In this document: one piece after another, positions 39,221 through 53,820 of the stretch
How the letters are laid out: every line of letters starts with the position of its first letter
How positions within the stretch are numbered: the stretch's first letter is position 1
Origin: Eledone cirrhosa
Lineage: Eukaryota
Direction of reading: 5' to 3'
Length of the DNA stretch: 64,000 bases
NCBI GenBank assembly: GCA_964016885.1
Contig: OZ024742.1
Coordinates: forward strand, 180,234,001 to 180,298,000
Program-made: the position numbers and the translations under genes
The notes under the pieces: generated by a model
Database searches by the model: none
The model's input: only the letters and a program-made list of their open reading frames with translations
Told to the model about the DNA's origin: nothing

Positions 39221-39522
39221 GAAAACAAAGGAAAAGAATGACTTCACTTGTAGTTCTAATTTGATTTAATTTTATAATATTATGAGTTGGTAGATCTAGT
39301 AAGTTCTTTGTTAACTTCGGTGAGTAGACTTTTAAAGATTCCTGTTTAACTTTCCTGGAGAACTTTCTCGCATTCGTCGGTGTCCATTGTCAAACAGGAG
39401 GCTTTAAAAATCTTCCCACTGAAGTTAACAAAGGACTTACTAGATCTACAAACTCATAATATTATAAAATTGAATCAAATTGTTTTGAACTACAAGTGAA
39501 ATCATTATTTTCCTTTTTTCAA
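39219..39522. repeat. Long inverted repeat (~130-bp arms) in (TA)n
   Basis: 39219-39348 pairs with 39391-39522; end resembles 27625-27670. Confidence 0.9.
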
Positions 39523-39547
39523 ATATACATGTCTGTACCAAGGATTT

Positions 39548-39620
<73 letters not shown>

Positions 39621-40350
39621 GGACCAAAAAAAACGATTATTAGGAAGAAAAATATTTTTTTTCCTTATTTTTTTCTCTTTTTATATATATATTTAAACAA
39701 ACATTTTAAGTTTTCCACTTTAAAAATATTTCGTTCGTCTTGTTTTCCATTGTCTTCTCTTTGTCAATTATCCTAATTCTATAGTTACAAATCTTTGACG
39801 AACGTGTTCATTCTTCTCCATCAATAATTTCAAGGGATTACATTTTTAACACGATTTCTTAATTTCTTCTTCTTCCGTTTTTCTTTTTCCCCACTCTTTT
39901 CAGTCTCACAAGATTATCGTTTCTATAAAAAGCACAATAGCTTCTAGTCGTCACATGAAATATCATGTTACTTGTTATGTCTTAATTGCTGTAAGTTATT
40001 GTTTTGTGTTGTCTTTTTTTTTTCGGGGCAGTGCTTTAGCTACATAAGTTCAACTCGACGGCTGTCGATCTTGGAGTTCAGTATCTTTCGTTTGTTTGTT
40101 TTTTTTACCATTGTTTTTATTATAAAAAAAATATATATTTATATTTTAGAGATTTTCCCTTTAAAAAAAGAATTGGTTCTGCCTTGTTTTTGTTCGTGTT
40201 CGTTTTTGTTGCCTTCTCTCTGTTATCCTAATTTTATTATATATATATATATATTTGAGTGTGTTAGTTAATTACCGACACTTCAGTATGCAGGGTAGAT
40301 CACTCAAGGTGTTGCCCGGTTGGGTCTGTTTATTCCGGAGTAATTTAAAA

Positions 40351-40708
40351 ACAAGGAGTGTAAGTCAACAGGTTAAAATTAACTTCGTTTATTCATATTC
40401 AGTTATATATATTTCGGTGATAACCATTATAAAACAGCTATAACCTCTTCAGTCAACTACAATTTGAACAGAAAAATAAACAAAAACATAATGATGGAAA
40501 AACGTTTATCTCTGTTATTTCGATCTTCTGATATGCTCAGTGCAGAAGTAAACATTTTTCCATCATTACATTTTTCTGTCTTTTTTTCTGTTCAAATTCT
40601 AGCTCTCTGATGAGGTCATAGCTGTGGCATAATGGTTATCATCTAAATATATATAACAGCAAATATGATTAAACGAAGTTAATTTTAACCTGTTGACTTA
40701 CACTTCTT

Positions 40709-40710
<2 letters not shown>
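40351..40710. repeat. Diverged inverted repeat with divergent hammerhead motifs
   Basis: Minus: CTGAAGA 40452-40446, 12-bp stem II, GAAA, TATATATA. Plus: CTGATGA 40607-40613, same stem II, GAAA changed to TAAA. Stem I weak in both. Confidence 0.8.
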
Positions 40711-40754
<44 letters not shown>

Positions 40755-40939
40755 ATAATAATAGATGTGAAGACTAAAATCCAAAGAGGGCTCGATAAGG
40801 ATAAATATATATCAAAAGCAGCGATTCTTGCTTAAACTTTAATATGTTATTTTAATATATATATATATATAAGACACAAATAGAAATAAGAAACAAAAGT
40901 TGATTATTTGGAAGTCCAACAATGTGTGTGTGTTTTGTA

Positions 40940-41240
40940 AAAGTGCCAAGATATTAAGAATGTAGAAGAAATAGGAACACAGTGACGTAAAATAAAAGAG
41001 TGAGGAACTGAATGTCGTGTGCAAGAGAGAAAACTGCATTGGTATGGACATGTGATGCACATGAAGATAGACGCTGCATAAAGAAATGCAAAGAAACCCC
41101 ATCGGAAGTGACAAACCCAGGAAGACCTGGGAGGTGGTTGTGAAGACTGACCTTAAAAACCTAAACTTCACAACAGAAATGACTAAAGACCACAAGGCCT
41201 GACACTATGCAGTGCTGAAAAAGACCCGACCTGCAGCATG
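40940..41240 (+). mobile_element. RTE LINE 3' fragment (another at ~41900-42200)
   Basis: VQERKLHWYGHV..KPRKTWEVVVKTDL. Confidence 0.75.
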
Positions 41241-41357
41241 CAATGTGAATTGATCCACCCCCATACCCCTTCCACTCTCAAATAGTTATTCTCAATATCC
41301 TTACTTCAAACCCACGTGCATACCCTTCCATACATTCCTACCAGCTACCCCTCTGAG

Positions 41358-41740
41358 AAGTGGTTGGTGATGGGAAGGGCATTCATCCAAGGAGGGCTTT
41401 CCAAACAAAGCATTGGGAGGACGCTTCAATCATGTGAAGTACGTGACAACCTTGCTAGTTTTGATGATTTACATAATAAATGCCCCAGTACATGATGGAA
41501 AGTGGTTGGGGAAAGGAAGGGCATCCAGCCATAGAAAGCCTGTCAAACAAAGGGCTAGAATGCATTTTCAATCATGTCCTGGACATGACAACCTCCCTAG
41601 TGTTCATGATCTACATGATAAATGCCTCCAGTACATGCTGTAAAGTGGTTAGTGATAGGATGAGTATCCAGCTGAAGAAATCTCGCTAAACAAAGGGTTG
41701 GGAGGACACTCACTTAAGCCAAAGACATGATAATCTCTCC
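41358..41740 (+). repeat. ~142-bp tandem repeat (~2.6 copies) containing the family C SINE motif
   Basis: AAGTGGTTGG..GGAAGGGCATCCAGC..AAACAAAG recurs at ~41358, 41500 and 41643. Confidence 0.8.
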
Positions 41741-43744
41741 TGTGAACTCGGTGGATGGTGAAACCATACATAAGTGTGACACAGATCACTAACCTGTTTG
41801 GGAGATTAGTGGTTTTGCTTCAGTACTGACTTGGTCTGAGTGGACCCAGAAAACTCTTGCTAGGAGGGAAAGAGGACATTAAAACAACAATGATGATAGC
41901 GATATATAATATACATGAATGGCAAAGTGGAAATGAACCAAGAGAGAAATTAGGTATAAGAGGGATTAGATGCAAACTACAAGAGAGGGGATTGTGTTTG
42001 GTATGGATATGTAGGGCATATGAAGAATGACAGCTGTATAAAAAGGTGCAGGGTGATCAAAATTGATGGAAACTATGGAGTAGGAAGACCTGGGATGAGG
42101 GGATAAAAGAAGACCTTGCGCAACTGGACCTCTCAAAGATATTGAGACAGAATCAAGATCTTTAGCGCTACACAGAAATACATAAGATATGCCTTCCCCT
42201 GTGCTCAGACTGAAACATACATCTAGTAGGTACCACGTAATCACTATGCTCCCACCCACCAACTACTCTTCACACCACCCTTACACTGTGAACAAAACAT
42301 ATACAGCCCACACTGTTATGTGGTCATGTAGGTGTCACAACAGAAAACACCCAGCACACATTGTAAATGTGATTGGTGTAAGGAAGCGCATCCAGCCATA
42401 GAAACCCAAACAGAACCAGTTCTATATGAATAAGACACGGTCACCTGACCCAACTTGCCTCAAATGAGACAACTCATCTAACTAATGCTAGTATGGAAAA
42501 TGGACGATGATGATGATAATAGCACAAGCACATATTACAACAAGAATTAAATACCGTTTCTCTGCAGTTCCATGGTCTATTTAGATTTCGGTATTTATCT
42601 ATCTTATTTTCTTTTCTTTTACTCTGGTGTTGACTGGGCTGTCTTCATTTATTATGTTAGAAGTTCTTCTTCTTCATTATTTTTATATATTAAATCTTAA
42701 TGGTCTGTTCTGCATAAAACCGCATTAATAAGACATCGTTTACAATAAAATGTTGCTAAATCTTTAGCTATTTACATCCTGTACCACATAAGACCACATT
42801 AACAAAGTGTTTTTGAAACATCATTATAACTGCATCACATTAAACATTTGAAGACTTTAATCTAATGCAAGAAATTTTCACAATAATTTGTTCAATAATA
42901 ATTGTTTCTACTTTTGGCACAAGGCCAACAATTACCAGTACATTACTGGTACTTTATTTTATCGACACCGTAAGGATGAAAGCAAAGTTTACCTCGGCGG
43001 GATTTGAACTCAAAATGTAAAGGGCCGTAATTCTATGCGTCAAAGCATGACGTCTGACCCTCTACTGATACTGCCAATCCACATTCAATAATAATGATAC
43101 TATAAGCATATGGATTAACAAAGCCATTTTTAGATATCTTCAGTGAAATCATTAGAGAATGTTAAGGGTTAAGTTGTTTCAAAAGAGACAGGTATTAATA
43201 CTTTTACTTTAATATCATTTTCTAGCAATAATATTAATATATATTATTAAAATATGTTATTATTAATAACAAACTCTTGTATTACATATCAATCTATTCA
43301 CTCTATGGTGTCATTGTTTTGAAGTCAGTTCTTGTTATAATTGAAAATATCAATATTGCAACAATTTGCCCAATATTTTATCACCCATTCTTTACACACA
43401 CACTCACACACTATTTTCTTTACCATTTTCCATGCTTGCATGAGTTATCCACACACACACACACGCACACACATATATATACATACACACATACATATAC
43501 ATGTATTCAAAAAGTAAGAGAAAACAGCACAGTAAAATAAAAAATGATATTTGTTTAACCTTTGATATTGTTGGAAAAGAGTTTGTATGTTCCAAAAACT
43601 AGTCCTTCATCAGAAAATAAAGAGAAAAATAAAAGATAAAATAGAACTATAGGGACTGAGAAAAGGAACGAATGAGAAAAAGCATGGTTGTATTCAGTTA
43701 GCCGTTTTGGGAAAAAAATGTCCCCAAAAATGACTGACTATATA

Positions 43745-46100
43745 TATCACCATCATCGCCGCTTTTATGTCCGTTTCTCCATGCTTGCATGAGTTGGATG
43801 GGTCCTTCTCAGCATGGCATTTCTTAACTTGTTGCCTTCCTTCATCATCTCCTCTGTCACTCTTAACAATTTGAGGTCCACTCTCACAACCTCTGCCCAG
43901 GACTTTCTTGGTCGACTTCTATTCCAGCTTCCTTCCAATGTGATTTCCTGGCATTTTTTTACCCACCGGACATCACATGTCTATACCAACGCAGTATTCT
44001 CTCCTGCAGACCACCCCATGATCCCCTTAAACCCAGCTTCTTGCTCAGCTCTTCCAAGTTCTGCCTTTCTCTCACACATCAATTGCACATCAAATGAAAC
44101 ATGGTTGCTTCATTCCTTTTCAGTATAGACATATCCTCTGCAGTCACAGCCCATGTTTCACTACCATGCAGCATCGCATACCTCACACAGGCATCACACA
44201 GTCTTCCTTTTGTATGTAGGAAGAAACCTTTTGTTGTTAGCAGTGCAAGCAGTTCTCTAAACTTCTTCCATCCTATCCTTATTCTAGCTATTATACACTT
44301 GGTGCACTCTCTTGCACTGCTAATTAGGTCACCTAGATAGCAGAAACTATTACCACGTCTATGGGTCCTTCCTGTGATAGAACAAGGTTTATATCATTAG
44401 CAGTCATCCTCTCGATTTTCCTGTGTATCTTCCATATAGTTCTCCCTTCCTGTTAGTCTCCTTGTTATACTACTACATCTTTGGTGTATCCAATATTTAC
44501 ATTGTGTACATTGTATGGAGTTTATGCCTACTCCTTTATCTGCATGGCCACTTCAATGAGGGAAGCTAGGGCCTATCTTCTCTTTTACTCATTAGCACTT
44601 TAGTTTTAGCTAAGTTTCCTCTCAGGCCTTTTGATTCAAAATTCAATTTGCTCTTTTTTGGTTTCAGCTATAAAGACCAAACCATCTGCATTACAGAAGC
44701 TCCCATAGGCAGCCCCTTTTTAACTCCTCTGTTAAGGCCTGAAGAACAATGATGAACAGCAGTGGGCTAAGAACTGAACCTTGATGAACTCCTACCTGTA
44801 CCTTGAATTCCTTGCTAAATTCATTTCCTACTCTCACTTTACTGATAGCTCCTCTGTACATAGCTTGCACTGCTGTCACAAGCCATTGTCCACATCTTAT
44901 TTCCTTAAGGACCACCAGATAATAGATGAAGCTATTCTGTTTTAGACCTTCTCTAGATCAACAAAAACTAAATATAGCAGCCTTATTTTAGCTAGTAACT
45001 TTTCTTGTAGTTGCCTCACTAAGAAGAGGGCATCTGTAGTACTTTTCCCAGGCATGAAACCAAACTGTATCTCATCTATTTTGACTCTTTCCCTAATTAG
45101 CTGTGCTATAACTTTTTAAGTCACTTTCATATGATCCATTAGTTTTATTCCTCTCTAGTTGCTCCTTTCTAGAGCATCACCTTTGCCCTTGTAGCAATTC
45201 ATTACTGTACTGCTGCACCAGCCATTGGGTATGACTGCATCATGTGTTACTTGATTTACTATACAAGTTACTATTTTGACTCTTACCTCACTTGATACTT
45301 TCAGCATCTCAGCAAATATTTTTGATGGTCCTGCAGCTTTACTATTTTTTATCGCCTTGATTGTGTCTTTGATCTTTAAACTATCAACTTCAAAAACTGG
45401 TCCTTCATTTGTGTAAGTTGGAGGTAGTTTTTCTTCCTCCCATTCATTCTCTACATTCATAAATCTCTTATAGTAACATTTCCAGGCCTCTTTCTTTTGG
45501 GCATCAGTGGTGCTAAGTACACCAGTATCATTTCTAACACATTTTCCCCCAACAACATCTCGATTCACACAAACACTATATGGAACACTTTGCGCCTCTG
45601 ATTCTCACGTCTCAAGACATTCATAAATTTACTTTCTTCAGTCTCTCTCTTTGCTGCATATTACTGTCACCTAGCTTCTTTCTTAGCTACTTTGTACCAG
45701 TCTCTGCTACCCCCATTTTTCCAGTCTTTCCATGCCTGTTTCTTGGCTTTAATGGCTGCATCTACTGTCACCCTCTGTCAGCCTGCTGCTTTACTCCAGC
45801 TGCAAGTCTCGTCAGTAGGTTGCAAAAGGTTGTCGCATAAGAATTTCCTGTTGTCCTCTACATTGTATGTATCTAGCTTGTCATTCCTCTCATCAAGTGC
45901 ATCCTGTATGGCCTTTCTAAACCTATATTTACCAAAGAGGTCCTTTAGCTTCCACACCCTCTGTCTTCATGTTTTCCTGCATGTCTTGTTCTGTCTTTTG
46001 TTTATTTTGATGTCACTAATAACTAACTTGTGCTGGGCAGTATATTCTTTCTTAGGGAAGGAATTAGCATTTATTACTATCTGTTTGTTTTGTTGACTAA
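43745..46100 (-). mobile_element. RTE-clade LINE, 5'-truncated, degenerate RT
   Basis: KAAGPS, YKGKGDAL, QFGFMPGKSTTDA, FVDLEK, GVHQGSVLSPLLF; same family as 4420-5145. Confidence 0.92.
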
Positions 46101-46699
46101 CAAGTATACTCTCTTGCACGTGTGTGAGTGTGTATGTAGAGAGAGAGAAAGAAAGAAGTTACTAAGACCATCAATTGACTTGTAATTTATTCTTCTATGT
46201 TCTCACCTCATTAATCCAGCCACCAACCAACATCTGTTACTGATATGGGAATGATGGATGTCATCAAGCTGCAGCTGTTGTATTTAATAATTTTTATATA
46301 ATAATAATAATATGCAGTAAATATGAGCCTGTTACATAATTGGCCTGGAACTCATGAATAACCAATCCACCGTTAGGAAGTACCACTAACCCAAACCCCT
46401 TACAAACTTGTCCAGGTACATGGACAAACACCAACTCTAATCCTATGTTCAATTACAAGCCGACTCACATCAGCTGAGACCCTATAATCACTATCAAATA
46501 ATTTAGAATCTTTACCAACTTAATGATCCAACAAATCCCAAAAGGAAAGAAGTGAAGCCATAAGTCTAGGCAATAAATAGGCGAGTGAATACCACCTCAA
46601 GCATTATGAATCAACTGTACATGAACAAAATTAAAAAAATGTCAAAACAAATAGAAACAAATATAATGTAAGATGATTCAAACCTTTAGTAGAACATTA

Positions 46700-47500
46700 A
46701 TATTATGCCGTGTTGGCATAATATTATTACAAAAAGTTTATTATGCCATGTTGGCATAATAAGAATAAGAGAATATATTGTTATTTGTTGATAGCACACG
46801 AGGAGTTTTCAGGCTAGTTGTTATAGCAAGAAATGTAACAGTATATTATGTGAGAGTGGCAATGTTAGCCGGTTATGTCTGTTTGTTAAAGATGAATGTA
46901 AGAAGAATTGAAGTTTGGTTCTAAGTCCATTAGCCACGAAAGAAGTACATCTGTTGCTGTAGTGTTAAGAACTCTGGGAAAGGATTTTTCCATATCACAT
47001 TCAGGTGTTGGCTGTGGTAAAAACATTATAACACCAGATTACATTTTTACATTATTTATTTACAAACCGAAAGGATTACAGAAGTTGTGCTGGCATGCCA
47101 TTTAAAAAGAAACAAACAAAATTAAGAGATAAGAAGTAAAGAAAGGCACTGTGCCTGGCCAAATGAGGCTGACAGGCCAAAGTGAAATTTCATCGTTACA
47201 TGATGGCATGTTGACTTCTCAGAGTTAAAGGCAACATGAGGCTAGTGTAAACAAAAGAAGCAGGAAAATCTTTGAGCTGGCGGAAGCTGATATATATCCA
47301 TGCGTGGCTTATGATTGGTCTAACATAACCAAATCATGTATGGATAGATTATTGATACACGCCATGCAAGTAACTCCGCTACAAACCCTTTACTCAATAA
47401 AGAATGTTATCCGTAGACCAACACAGAATGAGTGAAACTATTGGGAATAAGCTGTAATTGAAAAGAACGAAGTGGACATGTCACAGAAACCCTATTTGAA
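46700..47500 (-). mobile_element. Possible very degenerate Penelope-like remnant
   Basis: Faint motifs resembling a PLE thumb/GIY-YIG tail (W KIL..Y..RC); not robust. Confidence 0.25.
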
Positions 47501-50103
47501 TCTTAATTTTACATAATCAACAAAGGCAGATATCAATTCCTAAATATCTACTAACCACAACAAACATGCATGCAATTCAATGCTGCTTATTGAAATATGT
47601 TGAAAATACAACAGTGTTCTACCCAGAAGCAGCTGAAATCAAGGTCATTAACCCTGTCAGCTTCTATTCATGATATCATTGTACCCAGCTGCCATTAATC
47701 AACTACCAACCCTATTATCATGCTAAGCCATGTTAACAGGGGGCCTTCATCAGCTATATATAATGCTGTACAACAACTCTTATTATATATCATATTATAT
47801 AACAACCCTGCATATATATTCTGCCATATAACATCTCTATATAATTTGCTATACAATAAACTTGTATATATATTGTTATCAATGAGATAACGTAAACAGG
47901 ATCAATGTGACTGTTTCTTTATCACCTCATATTCTGCATTTATTCTTTGTAACTTTCTTCATATATATTTTGCTAAGATCCCACCGAGGTCATCTTTAAC
48001 TTTCATCCTTCCATTGTAAAATAAAGTACCAGTCAAGTACTGGTCTGATACAATTGACTCTAGATTAGATGTGACATGTGCCTAGATTAGAAATCATTAT
48101 AGGTTTTGGTAAATTTGGATGAGAATATTTACTGCATATGATTTTATTAAAACACAACTTTAATAAGGAAAGGGAATCACTGTGTGTCATGTAAATGTTT
48201 CATGGTCCCAGCAGAGAAAATAGGGAATGTATTATTCTGGAAGATGTTGAGAGAGATGAAATGAAAAAAAATTCCAACTTCTGGGGCTCATTCTTGTAGA
48301 CGGTCATCTCTATCCAGATTGAAGGGAGGTGATTCATGTGTCAAGGATATCATATGTTTCCATTGCTATTCATTCAACAAGAAATGTATCAGAGAGTAGC
48401 TGATATTTCGTTAGCTTGTAATCTTCAGCCTATTGGGTGATAAAAGCTAGTTTATGTTGTCCACTTCAGTAAGATGCCACTGGAGGAAGTATCACTGCAG
48501 ATCACATCCCAGATTAGGGTCTTACTACCTCAGAAGAAGACGGTTGTGATACCATCTAGCCATTTAACATTCCCTCAATTTTCTTCTTGTTCTGTAATCA
48601 AAAACCCTTTAATCTCAGCTTGGGTTTTTTAATCTAGTTTTACTTTGTGTAGTCTTAGAATGTTGGCAATGTAGAAAAGTTTGTTGTCAATGTCTTAAGT
48701 TGCAGACTTGTTTTTCATTTATTTTGCAATTTTTTAATATTTTATGTTATGTCAGGAGAAAAATCGATATATGATTTAAAGATCAATATTTTATGCTATA
48801 GTTTCTTCATTCTCGTCGTAAATGTCTGTTAACACAGTCTCTGTTTTAGATATCTTTGTCTCCTCAAAGACAGTAAACAGCTTCCTCTTTTGTTCATGAT
48901 TTCTAGTTATTTGTATTAATTTCTCTTTAGTACTTACCAGATATTTTGCTGGTCTCAGAATAGCTCTCTAATTACAGAAGACTCCATGTATTCACAGTAA
49001 TCTTTCTTTATCTGTATTTTGGATTTTGGATTCTAAATGCTGTCATTATATTCTTTTGTTTCCTTTCTAGTCTTGAGAATTCCTTTAAATTTCAGTTATT
49101 ATAACCAGGAGTTATTACTAGAACACTTACACTATTGATAGCTATAACTGTATATTTAGTATTCACTTCAGTTAAAAGTATTTATTTAATGCTTCTATAA
49201 TATTCCTTCCTAAATATTCCTTTCATTTGTGCATGTTGCATGCTGGTAACTTCATTGATTTCTACATATTTGCTAGTGTGTGTTTGCTTTAATCTTTTAC
49301 CTCTATTTCTTTAACATGGTATTACTCCTTTCTTTAGTTTTCTCACTATTTACAGTATGTCCAAAACATTTTAGATGTTGGCTTTGCAATCATGAGGTTT
49401 GGGGTTTGATCCCATTGTGTGGCATCTAGGGTAATTATATTTTACTATAGCTTTTGATTGATCCAAGCCTGGTAAGTGATATTGGGGAGATAGAAATTGT
49501 TTGGAAGCCTATAATTTAAAGAGCCAGTCTTGTCAGCTACACAGATCTGTGGAGTACTCAGCCTCTTATGCCTTAATTCAATGAGCAGATCATTGTGACA
49601 ATTGAAAAACTGGATGATTAATCACCTTGACTTGTGGAGGTCTATTTAGTTTACACTCTTCAAGATGGCTTTAGCATCTCTCAAAACTAAATTCCATGAC
49701 AATTGCCCTACTGAATGTCTACACATATGTAACAGACTTTGCAGTTATCTATCATTTATATACAGTTGATTATCACATCATAGTACCTTTTTCTACATTC
49801 AGTTCAGGTAACTATGCTGTTTGAAGTTGTTAGAGCTGAATAAATAAAAGAATGAAAATGCTGTAGTTCCATTAGAACATTTCTCTATTTTACTTCTTTT
49901 AGATTCTGAGGTCAATTCCATCAAGGTCAACTTTGTCTTTCATTTGTATGAGGGCAGTAAAATAAAATACCAATCGTCCAAATTTTAGGCTATGTGCCTA
50001 GGTCAGAAATTATACTAGTCAAGAACTGGGGGTCAATATAATTGATTTTTCTCACCCACCAAAATTGCTGGACATGTGTCTAAATTATTATTATTATTAT
50101 TAT

Positions 50104-53100
50104 TACAGTTGCATTTATCTTGTTTTATGTTAATACGAGTTATCACCAAGTCACAACCAGTGACCTCAAGGGACAACAAAGTCCGCCATGTTCAAGAAAG
50201 AACATACATACACACACATGCATCTTTAGGTGTTTAGACTTGTGATGTAATTATATTGACAGAATCTTCCTTAGTATATGGGCAGTTCCCATTAGTACTA
50301 TCTTTTGTATTTCTCCTATATGCAGGTTTCCTGGGATTTGCGATAAATAATCAGTAGACCCTTTGGGTATCATTCCTAGAGCGCCTACAACCACTGGTAT
50401 CGTTTTAGTTCTCAATTTCCACATTTTTCCAATTTCTATCTCCAGGTCCTTATACTCGCTCAATTTTTCAATTGTTTTTATAGATACATTCTTGTCTATT
50501 GGAACGGACATATCAATTAGCAGGCATACCTCTTTTTAAAGTCCTTCAGTATTATATCAGGTCTATTTGCATCTATTTTCCGGTCTGTTTGGATGCTAAA
50601 GTTCCACAAGATTGAGATGTGATCTTTTTCAAGTACAGGAGGTGGTTGATGCTCCCACCAATTCTTTTGATGGGGCAGGTCAAAATGCTTACACATTATC
50701 CAATGTATGTATTGTGCAGCTCTGTCGTGCCTGTTTAGGTATTCGGTTGGAGCTATAGGACTACACATTGAAATTATATGGTCAATGGTCTCTGGTTGTT
50801 TTTTGCATACACGGCATAATGGGCTGCATCCATTTTTTATTATGTTGGCTTGGTAATTTTCTGTTGGCAGACACTGATCTTGAACTGATATAATTAGTCC
50901 TTCAGTCGCCGATTCTGAAATTTATAGTCCATTACTGTATCTTTGTGCATCTTTTGTAATGAATATGATCTTTTGATGCTTTCTTGTTTCAAAACGAGTT
51001 TGATCATCAAATCATGTGATTCCCTTAGATATGTAGATAATCCAATTGTTGCAGTTTTCAAAGCAATATCTAACTGGATTAACCCACGTCCTCCTACTTT
51101 CCTAGGGAGATATATTCTATCTGTATCTGCCTTAAGGTGATGCATTCTGTGCATGGTTAAGAATTTTCTAATTTTTGTATCGAGCCTACGGATCTCTGTG
51201 CTTGACCAGTTGATGACATTGTAACTGTAGGTTACTACTGGTATGGCAAGCGTGATTATGGCATCGATCCTGTTCCTTGCATTTAATTCTGTTCTTAAGA
51301 TTGCTCTTACTCTGCGGTAACATTCCTTCCTTATCCTTTCCCTCATTGTTGAGTGCTTGATTCCGACTCCTTCACAAACGCCTAGATATTTGTAAGTTTC
51401 CTCTTTATCAAGTTCTCTTATTACATTCCCCCGATCAAGATTAACGTCTGAACTTTTCAGCAGCTTTCCTCTGGTGAATGCTGTTTGGCGCATTTATTTA
51501 GTCCAAAATCCATTTTAATGTCATCACTGAACTGCTTCACAGTGGATAATAGCCCTTGCAATTGCTCATCATTGTTTATAAATAGCTTCAGGTCATCCAT
51601 GTAGAACAAGTGATTAATGGTTTTGTCATAGATTTTATATCCATGTTTTGTTTCATTGAGCATTTTACTTAATGGTATAAGTGCGATACAGAATAAAAGC
51701 GGTGATAAAGAGTCACCCTGAAAAATTCCACAATTAATATTAACTTCTTCATCTTCCAGGGATTTTTTTTCACTATTCAAAAAGCATGTCGTTTTTCATG
51801 TATTCATACTGAATGACAGGAACCTCCTGACAACGGGAGATATTTTGAAAATCTCTAAACATTTTTCAATCCAATTGTGTGGCAAACTATCGAATGCTTT
51901 TTTATAATCTATCCAAGCAATTGATAGATTTTTGTGTCTATTATGACAATCTTTCAGTATGATTTTGTTAACCAAAAGCTGATCTTTACAGCTATATGAA
52001 CCTCGTTTACACCCTTTCGGCTCATTGGGAAATAGATCATTTGTTATCAGGTGATCATATGTATATTCAGTTAGGACTGATGTTAAAATTTTATACATTG
52101 TGGTCAAGCAAGTTATCGGTCTGTAATTTTTGGGATTATTTGTCTCATCATTCTTCGGAAGTAGGAATGTAATGCTGTTAACTAGCCATGATGGTATATT
52201 TTCTGGCTCCTTAACTATTTCATTGTAAAGTTGGGCTAACAGCTCATGAGACTCTGTGAAGGCATTTATCCAAAAATTTGGTATTTTGTCTTTTCTGGGG
52301 ATTTACATTTACTGGTTTTTCTAAGAGCCAAACGCAACTGTTCAACTGTTATATTTTCCCATGTTTATTCCTCAAGTTGAGCTGTATCTTTCATTTGTCT
52401 GTCTACCCATGGGGCATGTATATTATGAACTTTTTGTTTGGCCCAGATCTGTTCCCAGAATTCTTGCACTTCCTCCTTGGGTGGTATTGATTTAACAGTT
52501 ATTGTTGACTTGCCAATTTTTCTGTAGAAGTTTCTTTGGTTGTTTTTGAAAATATTATTGTTGTTATAGAATCTAGATCGTTTTTCAAAGCGCCTTATAC
52601 GAGCAGCTTTGGCCGACACTTTTTGCTTGATTGTTTCTATCAGCATGTCTATGTCACTTGTTGATTTTATACTGTATTTCCTTTTCAATTTTCTAAGTTG
52701 GTTTGTTTAACATGTTCACCTACTTTGTAGTTTGTTAAAATTTCTATGTCAGATCGGAGAAGGTTTATTTGGCGATTGATGTTCTCTTGCCAAGTAGGTT
52801 TTTTTGTGGGGATTCCTTTGTTTTTTCATTTTCACTCCACATAAGTGAGTGGTGACTTTAGCCGATGCATAATAGAGATGATTTAAATCAGTAATGTTTA
52901 GTTTATTTGTGATGATAATGTTTTTGAGAATTATGTTAGTCTTGTATATTATCCTTTGGTTTTGTTTGGATTTCTGGATCTTAGGGAGAGTGTCTCGTTC
53001 CCTCATGTCAGATTCTTTCATTTTCATCTATTCGATCATAATTTCATTCTTCAAGTTGGCGAGTTCATTCTCATTAATTTCTTTATCCTTTACGATCTCG

Positions 53101-53820
53101 TTGTTTTCCTATTGAGTTTCATCTTGAGCATGCACTCCACTTTTTCGATCCTTTCTTTAATTTGTTCTGCTGTCAGTGATTCCGCCCCAACCCTGGGATT
53201 CGAAGTGTTACAATTTACCTCGTTTTCACTGACACATGTTTCATTTTCCCTTCGCTCACTTTGCGCTAATTGCTTGATCTGATCAATTTCTATATCAGTT
53301 AGTAACTTTTTTTTCACAATATTTCTTCGTATATTGGCTAGTTTGTTACTGTCAATATAGCCTCTGTTTTCGGGATGTTTTTTTTCCAGTTGATCTATGT
53401 CTGTTCTATATTCAATCTATTTGATGGGTAGTACATGGCAGTGTAGAAAGCCTCAAGGACTTCTTTATTGTCTTACCTTGACCATTTTTCTCTTTTTTTT
53501 CTTTGGATTTCTTGGTGGTGAGCATGGAGGGCCAACAGTAGGAGTATTCCAGTTATGGGAGGTCTCCAGCTCCGAATTGATGGGAAGGTTTGAACCATTA
53601 GCTGATTTTTCAACCCTAGTCTGGTTCCTCTCTGAGGGACGCGGCCCTTTCTTTTTGACCCGGGTGACAGCTGACCCAGTATGAGATTTTATCATTTGAC
53701 ACTGGCTTTATTTTGTTGCGTTTTATCCTTAACCGCCAAGGGGTAATCATTTCATGTTACCACTCCTTATTATAGGCTTCATAGACAAGGACCCGGCTAC
53801 TGGTAGGTAAACACGTCATT
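50104..53820 (-). mobile_element. Near full-length R4/Dong-clade LINE (RT, zinc knuckle, RLE), frameshifted
   Basis: NYRPITCL, WIDYKKAFDS, GIFQGDSLSPLLF, FYMDD, YKYLG, CRVC..ETIDHII.C, RHD, RPD, EKLSEY, GALG; 3' end runs into (TAA)n at 50085-50103. Confidence 0.95.

Noticed and set aside
43575-43620. CTGATGA on minus with a short stem (also lone TCATCAG near 10062 and 12847)
   Set aside because: GAAA replaced or absent and no stems I/III; compatible with chance.
46698-46762. Twice-repeated palindrome ATTATGCC-rtgtt-GGCATAAT; also the palindrome at ~59942-59971
   Set aside because: Short local fold-backs with no TSD or further context.
48480-49400. Possible degenerate LINE on minus
   Set aside because: Too decayed to recover ordered motifs by eye.
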